From assembly GCF_004010195.1 (NCBI RefSeq), contig NC_057718.1:21791066-21855065 (forward strand): a DNA stretch of 64,000 nt, in the 5' to 3' direction. The notes under the pieces are model-generated. The model was given only the letters and a program-made list of their open reading frames with translations, searched no databases and had not been told where the DNA came from. Below are positions 62,716 to 64,000 of this stretch, piece by piece (the first letter of the stretch is position 1; the number at the start of each line of letters is the position of its first letter). A program made the translations under genes and the position numbers. The DNA comes from Chiloscyllium plagiosum (Eukaryota).

Positions 62716-63091
62716 TTAAGCAATGGAACAACTCATTCTCAATTTAAGAAGTTTGGGAAGCAAAGTTCAGAAATTGTGCACTAGCTTTCACCTTTGTGGA
62801 TATGGTAAAGTGCTATCAATGGCTGATTGGAAAGAAATATTTTACAATGTTAGTAAACATGATATCTTTTTCAAAAAAGATATAACAGCAATAAATATAC
62901 TGAATGGAAGGAGGCTTGGTGATGTGCAACAGCAAAGGCAAATTGATCTAAAGGCTTAGGACCTTAAGAGACTGAAGCTCAAATTGTTAAGGCTGCTCAT
63001 AAAGCTAATGGAATTCCAGATTTTTTTTTGCAAGTAGCATATAATTAAAAAACCAAGAGCTTACATTAGATCTCAACATTAAGTAACTTTT

Positions 63092-63965
63092 TATCATTCA
63101 CAGGATGTGGGGTTCACTGGGTTTAAGCATTTATAGCTGACCCCCAAACTAGCCTTGAGAAGGTGTGGATGAGCTGCCTTCTTGAAATGTTGCAATCCAA
63201 GCCAAGTAAAGACTTCCAAGTGTTGTTCAGAAAGGATGCCAGACAGGCACTGGAGAAATGAGAGATCAGTTACTTGCTGCAGAATTCCTAACCTGGCCTG
63301 CTTGTGCAGCCACAATGTTTATATATGGCTGGTTCATTTCAGTTTCTGATAAAGAGCAGAAATTCGACAGGGGGCACTCAGAATTTCGACGCCATTGAAT
63401 ATCATGGAGAGAATGCCATATTATTTTGTTGGAGATGGTCATTTTCTGGCAATTATATGGCTTGCAAATGATGTCATTTACCAGTCCAAATTAGAATCAG
63501 AGGTCATCAGCACAGAAAAAAGGCCCACTGAATCTGCACCGGTCAAAAACAAGCACATAACTACACTAATCCCATTTTCCAGCACTTGATCCACAGACTT
63601 CTATGCCTTTGCACTGCAAGTGTGCATTGTTCAAGTTTTCTGCCGATGGATAAGGGCTGCTTCAATATCTAGAGAGTCGTAAATGATGCTGAGCCACGCA
63701 CACTCGTCAGCAAATATCCCTCAGTTCGGACCTTCGGTGGAGGAAAGGTTACTAATGAAGGTGGTTGATTGTAGGAGAACAGTGAGGTACTCCTCCAGTG
63801 ATGTCCTGGAAATTAGATGATTGTCCTCCAGGAAAGTCAGGCACCTCCATTTGAGGTAGGTATGACTCCTAACATTGGGGTTTTCCCCAATTCCCACCGA
63901 CTTCTGTTTGCAAGGGCTTCTTGATGCCACTCAGTCAAATTCTGCCTTAATGTCAAGGGCAGTTA
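63092..63965 (-). mobile_element. decayed LINE of the second family (RT to 3' tail)
   Basis: Minus strand gcccttgacattaaggcagaatttgac (ALDIKAEFD) and ttcaagaaggcagctcatccacaccttctcaagg (FKKAAHPHLLK). Confidence 0.7.
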
Positions 63966-64000
63966 CTAGATGTAAACAAAACTTTACGGCTGTGTGCAGT

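Overview
AT-rich vertebrate genomic DNA, very probably a cartilaginous fish (inferred from HE1/V-SINE-like and CR1/HER1-like repeats). The window holds most of one protein-coding gene on the minus strand, sarcomeric alpha-actinin-2 (ACTN2). I mapped exons 2-18 and the last coding exon (21) by hand; all have GT-AG boundaries, consistent phases and no stops, and exon 8 occurs as a tandem pair of 86-nt paralogous, apparently mutually exclusive exons. Exon 1 lies outside the window. The two EF-hand exons expected between exons 18 and 21 are not in the visible sequence and are probably in an N gap. The introns are filled with CR1 LINEs, other LINE relics, three tRNA-derived SINE families, a decayed Gypsy gag and Penelope-type fragments. 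The most interesting signals are: (i) at least eight dispersed copies of a minimal hammerhead-ribozyme motif with covarying stems, several in ~200-bp palindromic insertions with long target-site duplications; (ii) a CR1 with a nearly exact twin-priming-type 5' inversion; (iii) an unexplained pair of ~234-bp inverted arms in intron 4. Exon coordinates were counted by hand; repeat boundaries are approximate and family names come from motif recognition, not database searches.
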